DNA of 64,000 bases from an uncultured Clostridium sp. GTDB lineage: Bacteria > Bacillota > Clostridia > TANB77 > CAG-508. The position numbers and the translations under genes were made by a program. Below the pieces are notes generated by a model. It was not told where the DNA came from. It saw only the letters and a program-made list of their open reading frames with translations, and ran no database searches. Where the stretch lies: NCBI GenBank assembly GCA_948441945.1, contig CAOJQV010000002.1:2390-66389 (forward strand), written 5' to 3'. This document shows positions 28,071-36,873 of the stretch, one piece after another; positions within the stretch are counted from its first letter, which is position 1, and every line of letters begins with the position of its first letter.

Positions 28071-29810
28071 TTATTTCTGTTTCAATTTCAAATACCCTAA
28101 TTCAATCCAACTATTATATGCCAAATTTAACTTAAACACTAATTTAGGCTTAGCACCTGCTCTGTTTTTATCAACTACACAAGCATAATATCTAACATCT
28201 GGATTATCTGATTTTTCTAAATCAAAGAATTCAGTATCAACCTCATTTAAAGAATATTCATATTCATGTAAGTTATCTCTGCTAATTTGTTTAATCAAGC
28301 ACAATGTATCTAATACTTCTTTTACAGTCCTACTTACTGCTAAATCATTTACATTTAAGTTTATTGGTGATGTGGAACTTTCTGCAAGTTGTAAAGTAGA
28401 ACAAATAAATATATTAAAGTTTTGAGCTAAATTTGAAAGTATTGTTGCTGTTCTTTTAATTTCTTCTGGGCTTCCAATATTATCTGTGTCTGTTTTTAAT
28501 GTGTCATAAAATACATATTCAATATGTTCTTTATAATAGTAATTTATAATTACTTTTTTTAGTTCATCATTTGTATGGTCTGTTATATTTATAAAATAAA
28601 TTGAATTTTTAATTTGATTACTTGCCCATTCTATTGCTTTTATAACCTTTGTAAAGTCAGAAGATATTTTAGATAGTCTATTTACAAATTGATTTTGAGT
28701 TTCTCCTTCTTCTTTTATTATATACCCTTCTTCATCTAGTTTAGCATCTTTTTTATTGTCTGGTCTAAATTTAAATTCTAGTAATTCTCCTTCTGATACA
28801 TGAATATCATATCCATGCAATTTTTGTATGTCTGGATTATTTATTATTGTTGTAATTAAGCAAAGCTTCATTTTTTCTTCTGACATTTCGTTTGATATTA
28901 CTAATACTTTCTTTTTGTGTATTAACGCTGTACATGCCGCAATATCAATTGTAATTCTACTTTTACCTGAGTTTGATGGCATTGCAAATGCTGTAGTTTC
29001 TCCTTTTCTAATTCCCTTAAATACTTGTGTAAGAATTGGAAAAGGATATGATAATCCATTTGCTAATTCATTTTCACTACTCTCTAAAAATTCTACTAAG
29101 TTATTACTTAATACTGATTGTTTAAATTTTTGTGTAACATTTACTTGTTCAATTGTGTTTTCTACTTCTTCTACTGACATTTTGTCATATAATTGGTAGT
29201 TTGTAATTTCTACAATTTTATCTTGTATACTCTTTTCTGGAGTTTCTATATAAGCTTTTCTTAGTGTAAAAAGCTTTTTTAGTTCTACATAGATTTTTTC
29301 AATATTATAATCTTTATCTTGAACTGACTTTTTTAATTTATTTTTTAGTTGATATACTTCTTCTGAGTCTTTTGAAAAGTTGAATCTATTTTTTGCTTGT
29401 TCTGACGAATATTTAGCTCCTTCATTATATAAAATACTTTTATATATATTTAACATTTCTGCATCTTCAAACATACATACTTCAAATAAAAAGTAATATT
29501 TCATTATTAGTTTTGGGTTTTCTAATAATATACCTATAAAGTTTTCTTCTAATTCTTGATTACTTAATGCTTTTGGATAAGCTCCATCTTCATCTTTTTC
29601 ATTTTCTTTATCTTCAAATATCTCTCTTTGATTTTCTTCATCTTCTTTTGCTTTTGCTTCTTCTTTATCTTTTAATTCTCTCATTTTTTTAAGTGCTTCA
29701 AAATAGTTTTCAGTTGCAAGCAATGCTTTTATTTCTTCTACATATTCTTGGTTTTCTTTTGTTACTTTTATACCATTTAATAAATCATATATTTTATCTA
29801 TATTTTCCAT
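28071..29810 (-). CDS. Divergent DnaB-family (RecA-fold) helicase-like protein
   Basis: 579 aa. N-terminal region resembles the DnaB N-domain (EENFIGILLENPKLI). C-terminal ATPase with Walker A AMPSNSGKSRI and a DnaB-like ..VVDKNRAGAKPKLVF.. arginine-finger segment. Confidence 0.55.
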   Translation of the reverse strand: MENIDKIYDLLNGIKVTKENQEYVEEIKALLATENYFEALKKMRELKDKEEAKAKEDEENQREIFEDKENEKDEDGAYPKALSNQELEENFIGILLENPKLIMKYYFLFEVCMFEDAEMLNIYKSILYNEGAKYSSEQAKNRFNFSKDSEEVYQLKNKLKKSVQDKDYNIEKIYVELKKLFTLRKAYIETPEKSIQDKIVEITNYQLYDKMSVEEVENTIEQVNVTQKFKQSVLSNNLVEFLESSENELANGLSYPFPILTQVFKGIRKGETTAFAMPSNSGKSRITIDIAACTALIHKKKVLVISNEMSEEKMKLCLITTIINNPDIQKLHGYDIHVSEGELLEFKFRPDNKKDAKLDEEGYIIKEEGETQNQFVNRLSKISSDFTKVIKAIEWASNQIKNSIYFINITDHTNDELKKVIINYYYKEHIEYVFYDTLKTDTDNIGSPEEIKRTATILSNLAQNFNIFICSTLQLAESSTSPINLNVNDLAVSRTVKEVLDTLCLIKQISRDNLHEYEYSLNEVDTEFFDLEKSDNPDVRYYACVVDKNRAGAKPKLVFKLNLAYNSWIELGYLKLKQK

Positions 29811-29823
29811 AGTTTCCTCCTTT

Positions 29824-29950
29824 GGGACAGTTGGGACAGGCTAAAAATGTCTCATTTTTTTGTCGTTTTGTGTCATTTTTCGTTTTTGTGTTTTTTCGAC
29901 ATTATCTGACTAATATTATGAGACATTTTAAGACTGTCCCCATTGTCTCA
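29824..29950. repeat. MITE-like element, family A copy 2
   Basis: gggacagttgggacaggctaaaaatgtctca (29824-29854) versus tgagacattttaagactgtccccattgtctc (29919-29949). Collinear with 3590-3717, including the internal minus-strand TGTCGAA (29895-29901) and the AAACGACAAA block. Confidence 0.8.
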
Positions 29951-32623
29951 TTTTAATCTTTCTTCTACTTTTTCAAGCATTTCTTTGTATTTTTCTAATT
30001 TTCCTTTTTCTTCTTGTATTTTCTTTTCTGGTGCTTTATTTACAAATCCACGATTTGAAAGCATTTTTTTGCATCTTGCAACTTCAGCTTCTAATTTTGT
30101 CTTTTCATCTTCTAATCTTTTTCTTTCTTCCTCCATGTCAACTAACTCTTCAAGTGGCATATATAGTTCAATTCCTTCTTGCATGATTGTTATTGCATTT
30201 TCTGGAATTCCTGTTTTGTCTTTTTGCACTTTTATATTTGTTCCAAATCCTAATTTTAAAATAAATTCTTTTGCTTCTAAAATTTCTTTTTCATATTTTT
30301 CTGTAACAAATATTAATTCTGATTTTTTAGAGGGATGTATATTCATATTTGCTCTTACATTTCTGATTTCCACTATTATTTGTTTTATTTTTTCTACAGT
30401 TTCTTCTTCTTTGTTAAATACAAATTCACTTCTAATATCTGGCCATTTAGCAACAATTAAGTCTTCTGTTCCAAATACTATAAGATTTTTATATATTTCA
30501 GCTGTTAAAAATGGCATAAATGGGTGTAGTAGTTTTAGTGATGATGCTAAAATATGGTTAAGTACATCTGTTACTGGAACTCTTACATTTTCATCTTCAC
30601 TATAAATTCTTGTTTTAACCATTTCAATATACCAGTCACAAAATTCGTTCCATATAAAGTTATATATGTTATCAAGTGCTATTCCTAAATCATAGTTATC
30701 TAAGTTTTTAGTAACATCTACTACTAATTTATCAAATTTGTTTAAAATCCATTTATCCTCAAGTCTAAAGCATTCTGGATTATATGATTTAGTTTTTTCA
30801 AATGCTTCATAACAGAATTTTCTTACTTTTTCTTCATCTGCTGAGTTACTTATTACGAATTTAGCTGCGTTCCAAATTTTATTAGCAAAGTTTGACGCTT
30901 GTTCTAATTTTTCTGGCATATATCTTATGTCATTTCCCATTGTTGTTCCTGATAATACTGAAAATCTTAATGCGTCTGCTCCATATTGGTCTATTATTTC
31001 AATTGGGTCAATTCCATTGCCTAGTGATTTTGACATTTTTCTTCCTTGACTGTCACGTACTATTCCATGTACTACAATATCTTTAAATGGTTTTTGGTCT
31101 GTTAACTCTAAACCTTGTGTCATCATCCTTGATATCCAAAATGTTATAATGTCATACCCTGTAACTAATACATTTGTTGGGTAAAATGTTTTATAGTCTT
31201 CTGATTCTTTATTTGGCCATCCAAGTGTTGAAAATGGCCATAATGCTGAACTAAACCATGTGTCTAATGAGTCTTCATCTTGATGTAATTTGGTTGAACC
31301 ACATTTTTCACATTTTTCTGGTTTATGTTTTGTTGCATGCATATATCCACAATCATCACAATAGTAAATTGGAATTCTATGTCCCCACCATAATTGTCTT
31401 GATATACACCAGTCTTGGATATTATCTAACCAATTAAAGTACATTTTTTCATATCTTTTTGGTACAAATCTTACTTCATTGTTTCTAACACTGTCTGCTG
31501 CTCTTTTTGCTAAGTCTTTCATACTTATAAACCATTGCTCAGAGATTCTTGGTTCGATTGTATTATGACATCTGTAACATTTTCCTACATTATGTGTATA
31601 GTCTTCTGTTTTTACTAATGCTCCTATTTCTTCTAGTTTCTTAACTATTTCTTTTCTTGCATCTATAGCTTTCATGCCTTTATATTCTGGAACTAAATTT
31701 CCCATAATTGAACTATCGTCAAATACTTCAATTATTTCGAGATTATGTCTTAGTCCTGCTTCATAATCATTTGGGTCATGTGCTGGTGTAATTTTAACAC
31801 ATCCTGTTCCAAATTCTTTTTCTACAAATTCATCTGCTATAATTGGAATTTCTTTATTCATTATAGGTAAAATACACTTCTTACCTATTAGGTCTTTGTA
31901 TCTTTCATCGTCTGGATGAACTGCAACTGCTGTATCTCCTAACATTGTTTCAGGTCTTGTTGTTGCTACAATTATATATCTATTTGGTTCACCTGCTATT
32001 TTGTATCTTATATGCCATAAGTGTGATGCTTCATCTTCATATTCAACCTCTGCATCAGATATACTTGTATGACATGATGGACACCAGTTTATCATTTTTT
32101 CGCCTTTATAAATTAATCCTTTATTATATAAAGTGATGAATTGTTCTAATACTGCTTCTGATAATCCTTCATCCATAGTAAATCTGTTTCTTTCCCAATC
32201 GCAAGAACACCCTAGTCTTTTTTGTTGTTTTTGAATAGTTCCACCATATTCTTTAGTCCATGCCCATGCTCTTTCTAAAAATTGTTCTCTTGTTATATCA
32301 GCTTTTGTAAGTCTTTCCTCTTCTTTCATTTTTGCAACTACTTTAACTTCTGTTGCAATTGCTGCATGGTCTGAACCTGGAAGCCATAGTGTATTGTATC
32401 TTTGCATTCTTTTAAATCTTATTAAAATATCTTGTATTGTGTCATCTAATGCATGTCCCATGTGTAATTTTCCTGTTACGTTTGGTGGTGGCATCATTAT
32501 GCAATAACTTTCTTTTGTTTTGTCCATACTTGGTTTAAAGTATCCTTTTTCTTCCCACTCTTGATATAGTTTTTGTTCAAAATCCTGCGGATTGTATTTG
32601 TCATTCAGTTTTTTACTTTTCAT
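29948..32623 (-). CDS. valS: Valyl-tRNA synthetase
   Basis: Start chosen at MKSKKL behind the gggagg SD; the longer track ORF would run into the T-box terminator. PPNVTGKLHMGHA (HIGH), KMSKSLGN (KMSKS), C-terminal coiled coil. The TGA stop lies inside the family A repeat. Confidence 0.95.
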   Translation of the reverse strand: MKSKKLNDKYNPQDFEQKLYQEWEEKGYFKPSMDKTKESYCIMMPPPNVTGKLHMGHALDDTIQDILIRFKRMQRYNTLWLPGSDHAAIATEVKVVAKMKEEERLTKADITREQFLERAWAWTKEYGGTIQKQQKRLGCSCDWERNRFTMDEGLSEAVLEQFITLYNKGLIYKGEKMINWCPSCHTSISDAEVEYEDEASHLWHIRYKIAGEPNRYIIVATTRPETMLGDTAVAVHPDDERYKDLIGKKCILPIMNKEIPIIADEFVEKEFGTGCVKITPAHDPNDYEAGLRHNLEIIEVFDDSSIMGNLVPEYKGMKAIDARKEIVKKLEEIGALVKTEDYTHNVGKCYRCHNTIEPRISEQWFISMKDLAKRAADSVRNNEVRFVPKRYEKMYFNWLDNIQDWCISRQLWWGHRIPIYYCDDCGYMHATKHKPEKCEKCGSTKLHQDEDSLDTWFSSALWPFSTLGWPNKESEDYKTFYPTNVLVTGYDIITFWISRMMTQGLELTDQKPFKDIVVHGIVRDSQGRKMSKSLGNGIDPIEIIDQYGADALRFSVLSGTTMGNDIRYMPEKLEQASNFANKIWNAAKFVISNSADEEKVRKFCYEAFEKTKSYNPECFRLEDKWILNKFDKLVVDVTKNLDNYDLGIALDNIYNFIWNEFCDWYIEMVKTRIYSEDENVRVPVTDVLNHILASSLKLLHPFMPFLTAEIYKNLIVFGTEDLIVAKWPDIRSEFVFNKEEETVEKIKQIIVEIRNVRANMNIHPSKKSELIFVTEKYEKEILEAKEFILKLGFGTNIKVQKDKTGIPENAITIMQEGIELYMPLEELVDMEEERKRLEDEKTKLEAEVARCKKMLSNRGFVNKAPEKKIQEEKGKLEKYKEMLEKVEERLK

Positions 32624-32654
32624 TTTTATACCTCCCTTTTTCATATACCATAAA

Positions 32655-32875
32655 ATCAAAATACTCGCACCTTATCTTTTACAATAAGGGCGAGTTCTAA
32701 CTCTCACGGTACCACCTTAGTTATTATCTATTTTTTAGATAACATCTCTTTTTAACTTTAACGCAGTTTTACGGATAATCTTAAGTTTATTTTCGGACTA
32801 TCAACTCAAAAGCTACTTTCCATTTATCTTAATTTTAGAAGCTTCCAGCCATGACTTCTATTCTCTTTAAATTAG
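32655..32875 (-). promoter_or_regulatory. T-box leader (tRNA-Val specifier GUA) with terminator/antiterminator, upstream of valS
   Basis: Minus strand: stem I begins aaAGAGAatagaagtca..ggctggaag. The specifier loop ggaaaGUAgc lies at 32812-32821. The T-box sequence is ctaAGGTGGTACCGTGAGag (32703-32718). The terminator is aactcgcccttat...ataaggtgcgagt+TTTT. Confidence 0.85.
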
Positions 32876-32983
32876 TTTTAAATGTACTTCCTCTTTTTCT
32901 TCGTTTTTATTTATTATGGCATAATTATATATCTTTTTATTTATTTTGTCTAGTATTTTTTATTTTAAATACTAATTATAAAA

Positions 32984-33020
32984 ACAACTGACATCACTTT
33001 AAAAATGTGATGTCAGCTAT
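32984..33020 (-). terminator. Terminator after the HAD hydrolase gene
   Basis: ctgacatcac...gtgatgtcag 10-bp stem flanked by A and T runs. Confidence 0.7.
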
Positions 33021-33024
33021 TTTT

Positions 33025-33708
33025 TTAAATTATTTTCATCACATCTAATAAAGATGGGACTTCATAAGTAGGTTTAAATGGCGTATTATTCTCATTTTTG
33101 CCATCTTTGTTAAACCATATCGATTTTATTCCCGCATGTTGTGCAAAAGCAACGTCGCTTGTGAGAGAATCTCCAATAATTACATACTGTTCTTCCTTTC
33201 CTGGTTTGATAATTCCTTCTTTAGACAATGGATTTGATTTTAAATATGCATTATCACAACAATGCAATTCTTCAATATAATCCAAAATTCCATAAGTATG
33301 GAGCATATCTTCTTGTACATATCTCCACCAGTCTGTCTTAACAATGTTCTTAATTCCTTTGTTAGACAAATACTTAATTAATTCTAAAGCATCTTTGTTA
33401 AGTTCATTGCATAAAAATTTCATTCTGTTACTTGTTAATAAAAATTGAGACGGAGTATAACCATAAAAGTATAGAATTGGCATTTTTTCTTCTATTAAAT
33501 TTAAAGTTTGACCCATTGTTACTTTTTCATTTTGAAACCGTATCAAAAAACTGTTGAAGAAGTCAAAAAATTCATCTGAAAATTCTACTACTTCTTTAAT
33601 TCCTAATGCTTTCGCGGTTAGTTCTGGTTCTTCATTTAAATGTTCCCAAATGCAATTGTCTAAATCCATTATAACTATCCCTACATTTTCCATATAATCT
33701 ACCTCCAT
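33025..33708 (-). CDS. HAD-superfamily hydrolase
   Basis: IVIMDLDNCIW (motif I, DxD) and IIGDSLTSDVAFAQHAGIKSIWFN (motif IV). Contains one in-frame CGG (33538-33540) that does not break the frame. Confidence 0.65.
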   Translation of the reverse strand: MEVDYMENVGIVIMDLDNCIWEHLNEEPELTAKALGIKEVVEFSDEFFDFFNSFLIRFQNEKVTMGQTLNLIEEKMPILYFYGYTPSQFLLTSNRMKFLCNELNKDALELIKYLSNKGIKNIVKTDWWRYVQEDMLHTYGILDYIEELHCCDNAYLKSNPLSKEGIIKPGKEEQYVIIGDSLTSDVAFAQHAGIKSIWFNKDGKNENNTPFKPTYEVPSLLDVMKII

Positions 33709-33782
33709 TTGTTGATAAATTTATTTGTACCGTTCTTAATTATGTAAATAATTATATCATCTGTTTTATAATATGTCAATTT

Positions 33783-33820
33783 AAAAAGAAGGATTTGGAG
33801 ATCTATTTCTCCCTAATCTT
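33783..33820 (-). terminator. uvrA terminator
   Basis: gatttggag...ctccctaatc imperfect hairpin, with a T-run on the minus strand. Confidence 0.55.
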
Positions 33821-33826
33821 TCTTTT

Positions 33827-36664
33827 TTATTTTAAATATTTTTCTAAAAACTTTCCTGTATAACTTTGCTCATTTTTGCAAATTTGTTCTGGTGTTCCAA
33901 TTGCAACTACTTGTCCACCAGCATCTCCACCTTCTGGTCCTAAGTCTATAATATGGTCAGATGTTTTTATTAAGTCTAAATTATGTTCAATAACAATGAT
34001 TGTATTTCCTGTATCAACTAATCTTTGTAAAATATCAACTAATCTGTGAACATCTGCTATGTGAAGCCCTGTTGTTGGTTCATCTAAAATGTATAGTGTT
34101 TTTCCTGTGGCTTTTTTTGATAGTTCTGTTGCAAGTTTTACTCTTTGAGCTTCTCCTCCTGATAATGTTGTTGATGGTTGTCCTAATTTGATATATCCTA
34201 GTCCTACATCGTTTAGTGTTTGTATTTTTTGTTTTATTCTTGGTATCTTATCAAAAAATTCTAGTGCCTCTTCTACTGTCATATCAAGAACATCTGCTAT
34301 TGTTTTTCCTTTATATTTTACTTCTAATGTTTCTCTATTATATCTCTTACCTTTACATACTTCGCATGGTACATATACATCTGGTAAGAAATGCATTTCT
34401 ATTTTGTGTACACCGTCTCCATTACAGCTTTCACATCTTCCTCCTGCTACATTGAAACTGAATCTTCCTTTGTCAAATCCTCTTAACTTAGCTTCATTTG
34501 TCCCTGCAAATATGTCTCTTATTAAGTCAAATACTCCTGTATATGTTGCTGGGTTCGAGCGTGGTGTTCTTCCTATTGGTGATTGGTCTATGTTTATTAT
34601 TTTGTCTATATTTTCTAGTCCTTTTACTTCTTTACATTTTCCAGGTTTTTCATTAGCTCCATTTAATTCTTTTGCTATTGTTTTATATAATACTTCATTT
34701 ACAAGTGTTGATTTTCCTGAACCTGATACTCCTGTAACACAGTTAAATACTCCTAATGGAAATTTTACGCTTATATTTTTTAAATTGTTTTCTGTTGCAT
34801 TTTTTACTTCTATTACTTTTGTTTTTGTATGTTTTCTTCTATTTTTAGGTACTTCTATTTTCTTTCTGCCACTTAGGTATTGTCCTGTAATTGAGTCTTT
34901 TACTTGTTTAATTTCTTCTGCTGTCCCTTGTGCCATAACATTTCCACCATGTACTCCTGCTCCTGGTCCAATATCTATTATTTGGTCTGCTGCATACATT
35001 GTATCTTCATCATGTTCTACAACTAATAATGTATTTCCTAAATCTCTTAATTTTTTAAGTGTTGCTATTAGTTTATCATTATCTCTTTGATGAAGTCCTA
35101 TACTTGGTTCATCTAATATATACATGACTCCTGTAAGTCCTGAGCCTATTTGTGTTGCTAATCTAATTCTTTGTGCCTCTCCTCCTGATAATGTTCCTGC
35201 TCCTCTTGATAATGTTAAATATTCAAGTCCTACATCTATTAGAAATTGAAGTCTTGTGTTTATCTCTTTTAGTATCATATCTGCTATCATTATTTCTTTT
35301 TTAGTTAGTTTTAAGTCATTTAAGAATTTTTTCATTGATTTAATTGACATATCTGTCATTTCGTTTATATTTTTGTCTCCAATTTTGATACATAGTATTT
35401 CTTTTTTTAGTCTTGCTCCATTACAAGTATGACAGTGTGAGTTTGTCATATACATTTCATAAAAACTTCTCATTCCTTGTGATTTTGTTTCGCTATGACG
35501 TCTATCTAGTGTTGGTAACACTCCTTCAAATGGAGCTGTGAATTTTCTTACTCCTGCAGCAGATGAATATTCAAAGTCTATTTTTTCATCACCTGTTCCA
35601 TATAAGATTTTTTCTAAAAACCAACGTGGTAAATCTTTTATTTTTTTATTCTTAATCTCAACTCCATAATATTTACCAATACTTTCAAAATACATCTTTG
35701 CCATTGTGTCGCCTTTTTTCATGGTGCTTGAACCAAATGCTTTTACTCCATCATATAGAGTTTTGTTTTTGTCTGGTATGATTAAATCTTCATCCATTTT
35801 CATTAAATATCCAATACCCATACAATCAGGACATGCTCCATAAGGGTTATTAAATGAGAACATCCTTGGTGTTAATTCTGGAAAACTAAATCCACAGTCT
35901 GGACAAGCATAATTTGAACTATATAATACCATTTTATTTTCGTCTTTATTTATAATGTTTACTAATACTAAGTTTTCAGCATGTTTTAATGCAATTTCCA
36001 CTGATTCTGCAAGTCTACTTCTTATATCTTCTTTTACAACTAGCCTATCTACAATTAATTCAATTTCATGTTTCTTATTTTTATCTAATTTGATTTCATC
36101 AGATAAATCATAAACTTCGCCATCGATTCTTGCTCTTACAAATCCATCTTTTTGATAACCTTCTAGCTGTTTTACAAATTCACCTTTTCTACTTCTAACA
36201 ACTGGTGCTAATATTTGTATTTTCGTTCCTTCATCTAATTCCATTATATTATCAATAATTTGGTCTATTGTTTGCTTTTCAATTTTCTTACCGCAATTTG
36301 GACAATAAGGTACACCTATATTTGCATATAATAAACGTATATAGTCATATATTTCTGTTACTGTTCCTACTGTTGAACGTGGATTTTTAGATGTAGTTTT
36401 TTGGTCAATTGAAATAGCTGGAGATAATCCTTCAATTAGTTCCACATCAGGCTTTTCCATTATTCCTAAAAATTGTCTTGCATAAGAAGATAGACTTTCT
36501 ACATATCTTCTTTGTCCTTCTGCATATAAAGTATCAAATGCAAGTGATGATTTACCTGAACCTGATAGTCCCGTTATTACTACCATTTTGTCTCTTGGTA
36601 TTTCTAAATTTATATTTTTTAAGTTATGCTCTTTTGCTCCTTTTATTATTATTTTATCATTCAT
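33827..36664 (-). CDS. uvrA: Excinuclease ABC subunit A
   Basis: 945 aa. Two ABC modules ([27 protein letters not shown]; LSGGEAQR twice) and zinc-finger Cys clusters. Confidence 0.97.
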   Translation of the reverse strand: MNDKIIIKGAKEHNLKNINLEIPRDKMVVITGLSGSGKSSLAFDTLYAEGQRRYVESLSSYARQFLGIMEKPDVELIEGLSPAISIDQKTTSKNPRSTVGTVTEIYDYIRLLYANIGVPYCPNCGKKIEKQTIDQIIDNIMELDEGTKIQILAPVVRSRKGEFVKQLEGYQKDGFVRARIDGEVYDLSDEIKLDKNKKHEIELIVDRLVVKEDIRSRLAESVEIALKHAENLVLVNIINKDENKMVLYSSNYACPDCGFSFPELTPRMFSFNNPYGACPDCMGIGYLMKMDEDLIIPDKNKTLYDGVKAFGSSTMKKGDTMAKMYFESIGKYYGVEIKNKKIKDLPRWFLEKILYGTGDEKIDFEYSSAAGVRKFTAPFEGVLPTLDRRHSETKSQGMRSFYEMYMTNSHCHTCNGARLKKEILCIKIGDKNINEMTDMSIKSMKKFLNDLKLTKKEIMIADMILKEINTRLQFLIDVGLEYLTLSRGAGTLSGGEAQRIRLATQIGSGLTGVMYILDEPSIGLHQRDNDKLIATLKKLRDLGNTLLVVEHDEDTMYAADQIIDIGPGAGVHGGNVMAQGTAEEIKQVKDSITGQYLSGRKKIEVPKNRRKHTKTKVIEVKNATENNLKNISVKFPLGVFNCVTGVSGSGKSTLVNEVLYKTIAKELNGANEKPGKCKEVKGLENIDKIINIDQSPIGRTPRSNPATYTGVFDLIRDIFAGTNEAKLRGFDKGRFSFNVAGGRCESCNGDGVHKIEMHFLPDVYVPCEVCKGKRYNRETLEVKYKGKTIADVLDMTVEEALEFFDKIPRIKQKIQTLNDVGLGYIKLGQPSTTLSGGEAQRVKLATELSKKATGKTLYILDEPTTGLHIADVHRLVDILQRLVDTGNTIIVIEHNLDLIKTSDHIIDLGPEGGDAGGQVVAIGTPEQICKNEQSYTGKFLEKYLK

Positions 36665-36676
36665 TTTTATACCCCC

Positions 36677-36750
36677 TGTCCCAAAAGGGACGTTTACTTG
36701 TGGGACATTTTACCTACAATGTCCCACAGGTAAACGTCCCTTTTGGGACA
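36677..36750. repeat. Palindromic element family B (33-bp arms) forming the uvrA 5' leader
   Basis: tgtcccaaaagggacgtttacttgtgggacatt (36677-36709) versus aatgtcccacaggtaaacgtcccttttgggaca (36718-36750). One mismatch and an 8-nt loop. Each arm itself contains the mini-hairpin gtccc-aaaa-gggac. Confidence 0.85.
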
Positions 36751-36778
36751 TTATACTATATTTTTTATATAAAAACAA
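36750..36778 (-). promoter_or_regulatory. Putative uvrA promoter (TTGTTT-17-TATAAT) abutting the family B palindrome
   Basis: Minus strand reads ttgtttttatataaaaaatatagtataat, followed immediately by gtcccaaaaggg. Confidence 0.45.
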
Positions 36779-36873
36779 GGGTTTGGTTAAATATTTTTTA
36801 TTTAAAATATTTTATTTTTTCTATATAGCGAAGTAGTCTATTTTTGTTTGATGTTCTAGCAGTTGTCTCACCA

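Noticed and set aside
29943-30605. 220-aa plus-strand ORF opposite valS
   Set aside because: Shadow ORF of a highly conserved gene, with no translation signals.
34188-35090. 300-aa plus-strand ORF (and 34216-34455) inside uvrA
   Set aside because: It is antisense to a clearly conserved gene. The sequence is low-complexity and S/F/P/L-rich, has no SD, and is typical of shadow ORFs in AT-rich DNA.
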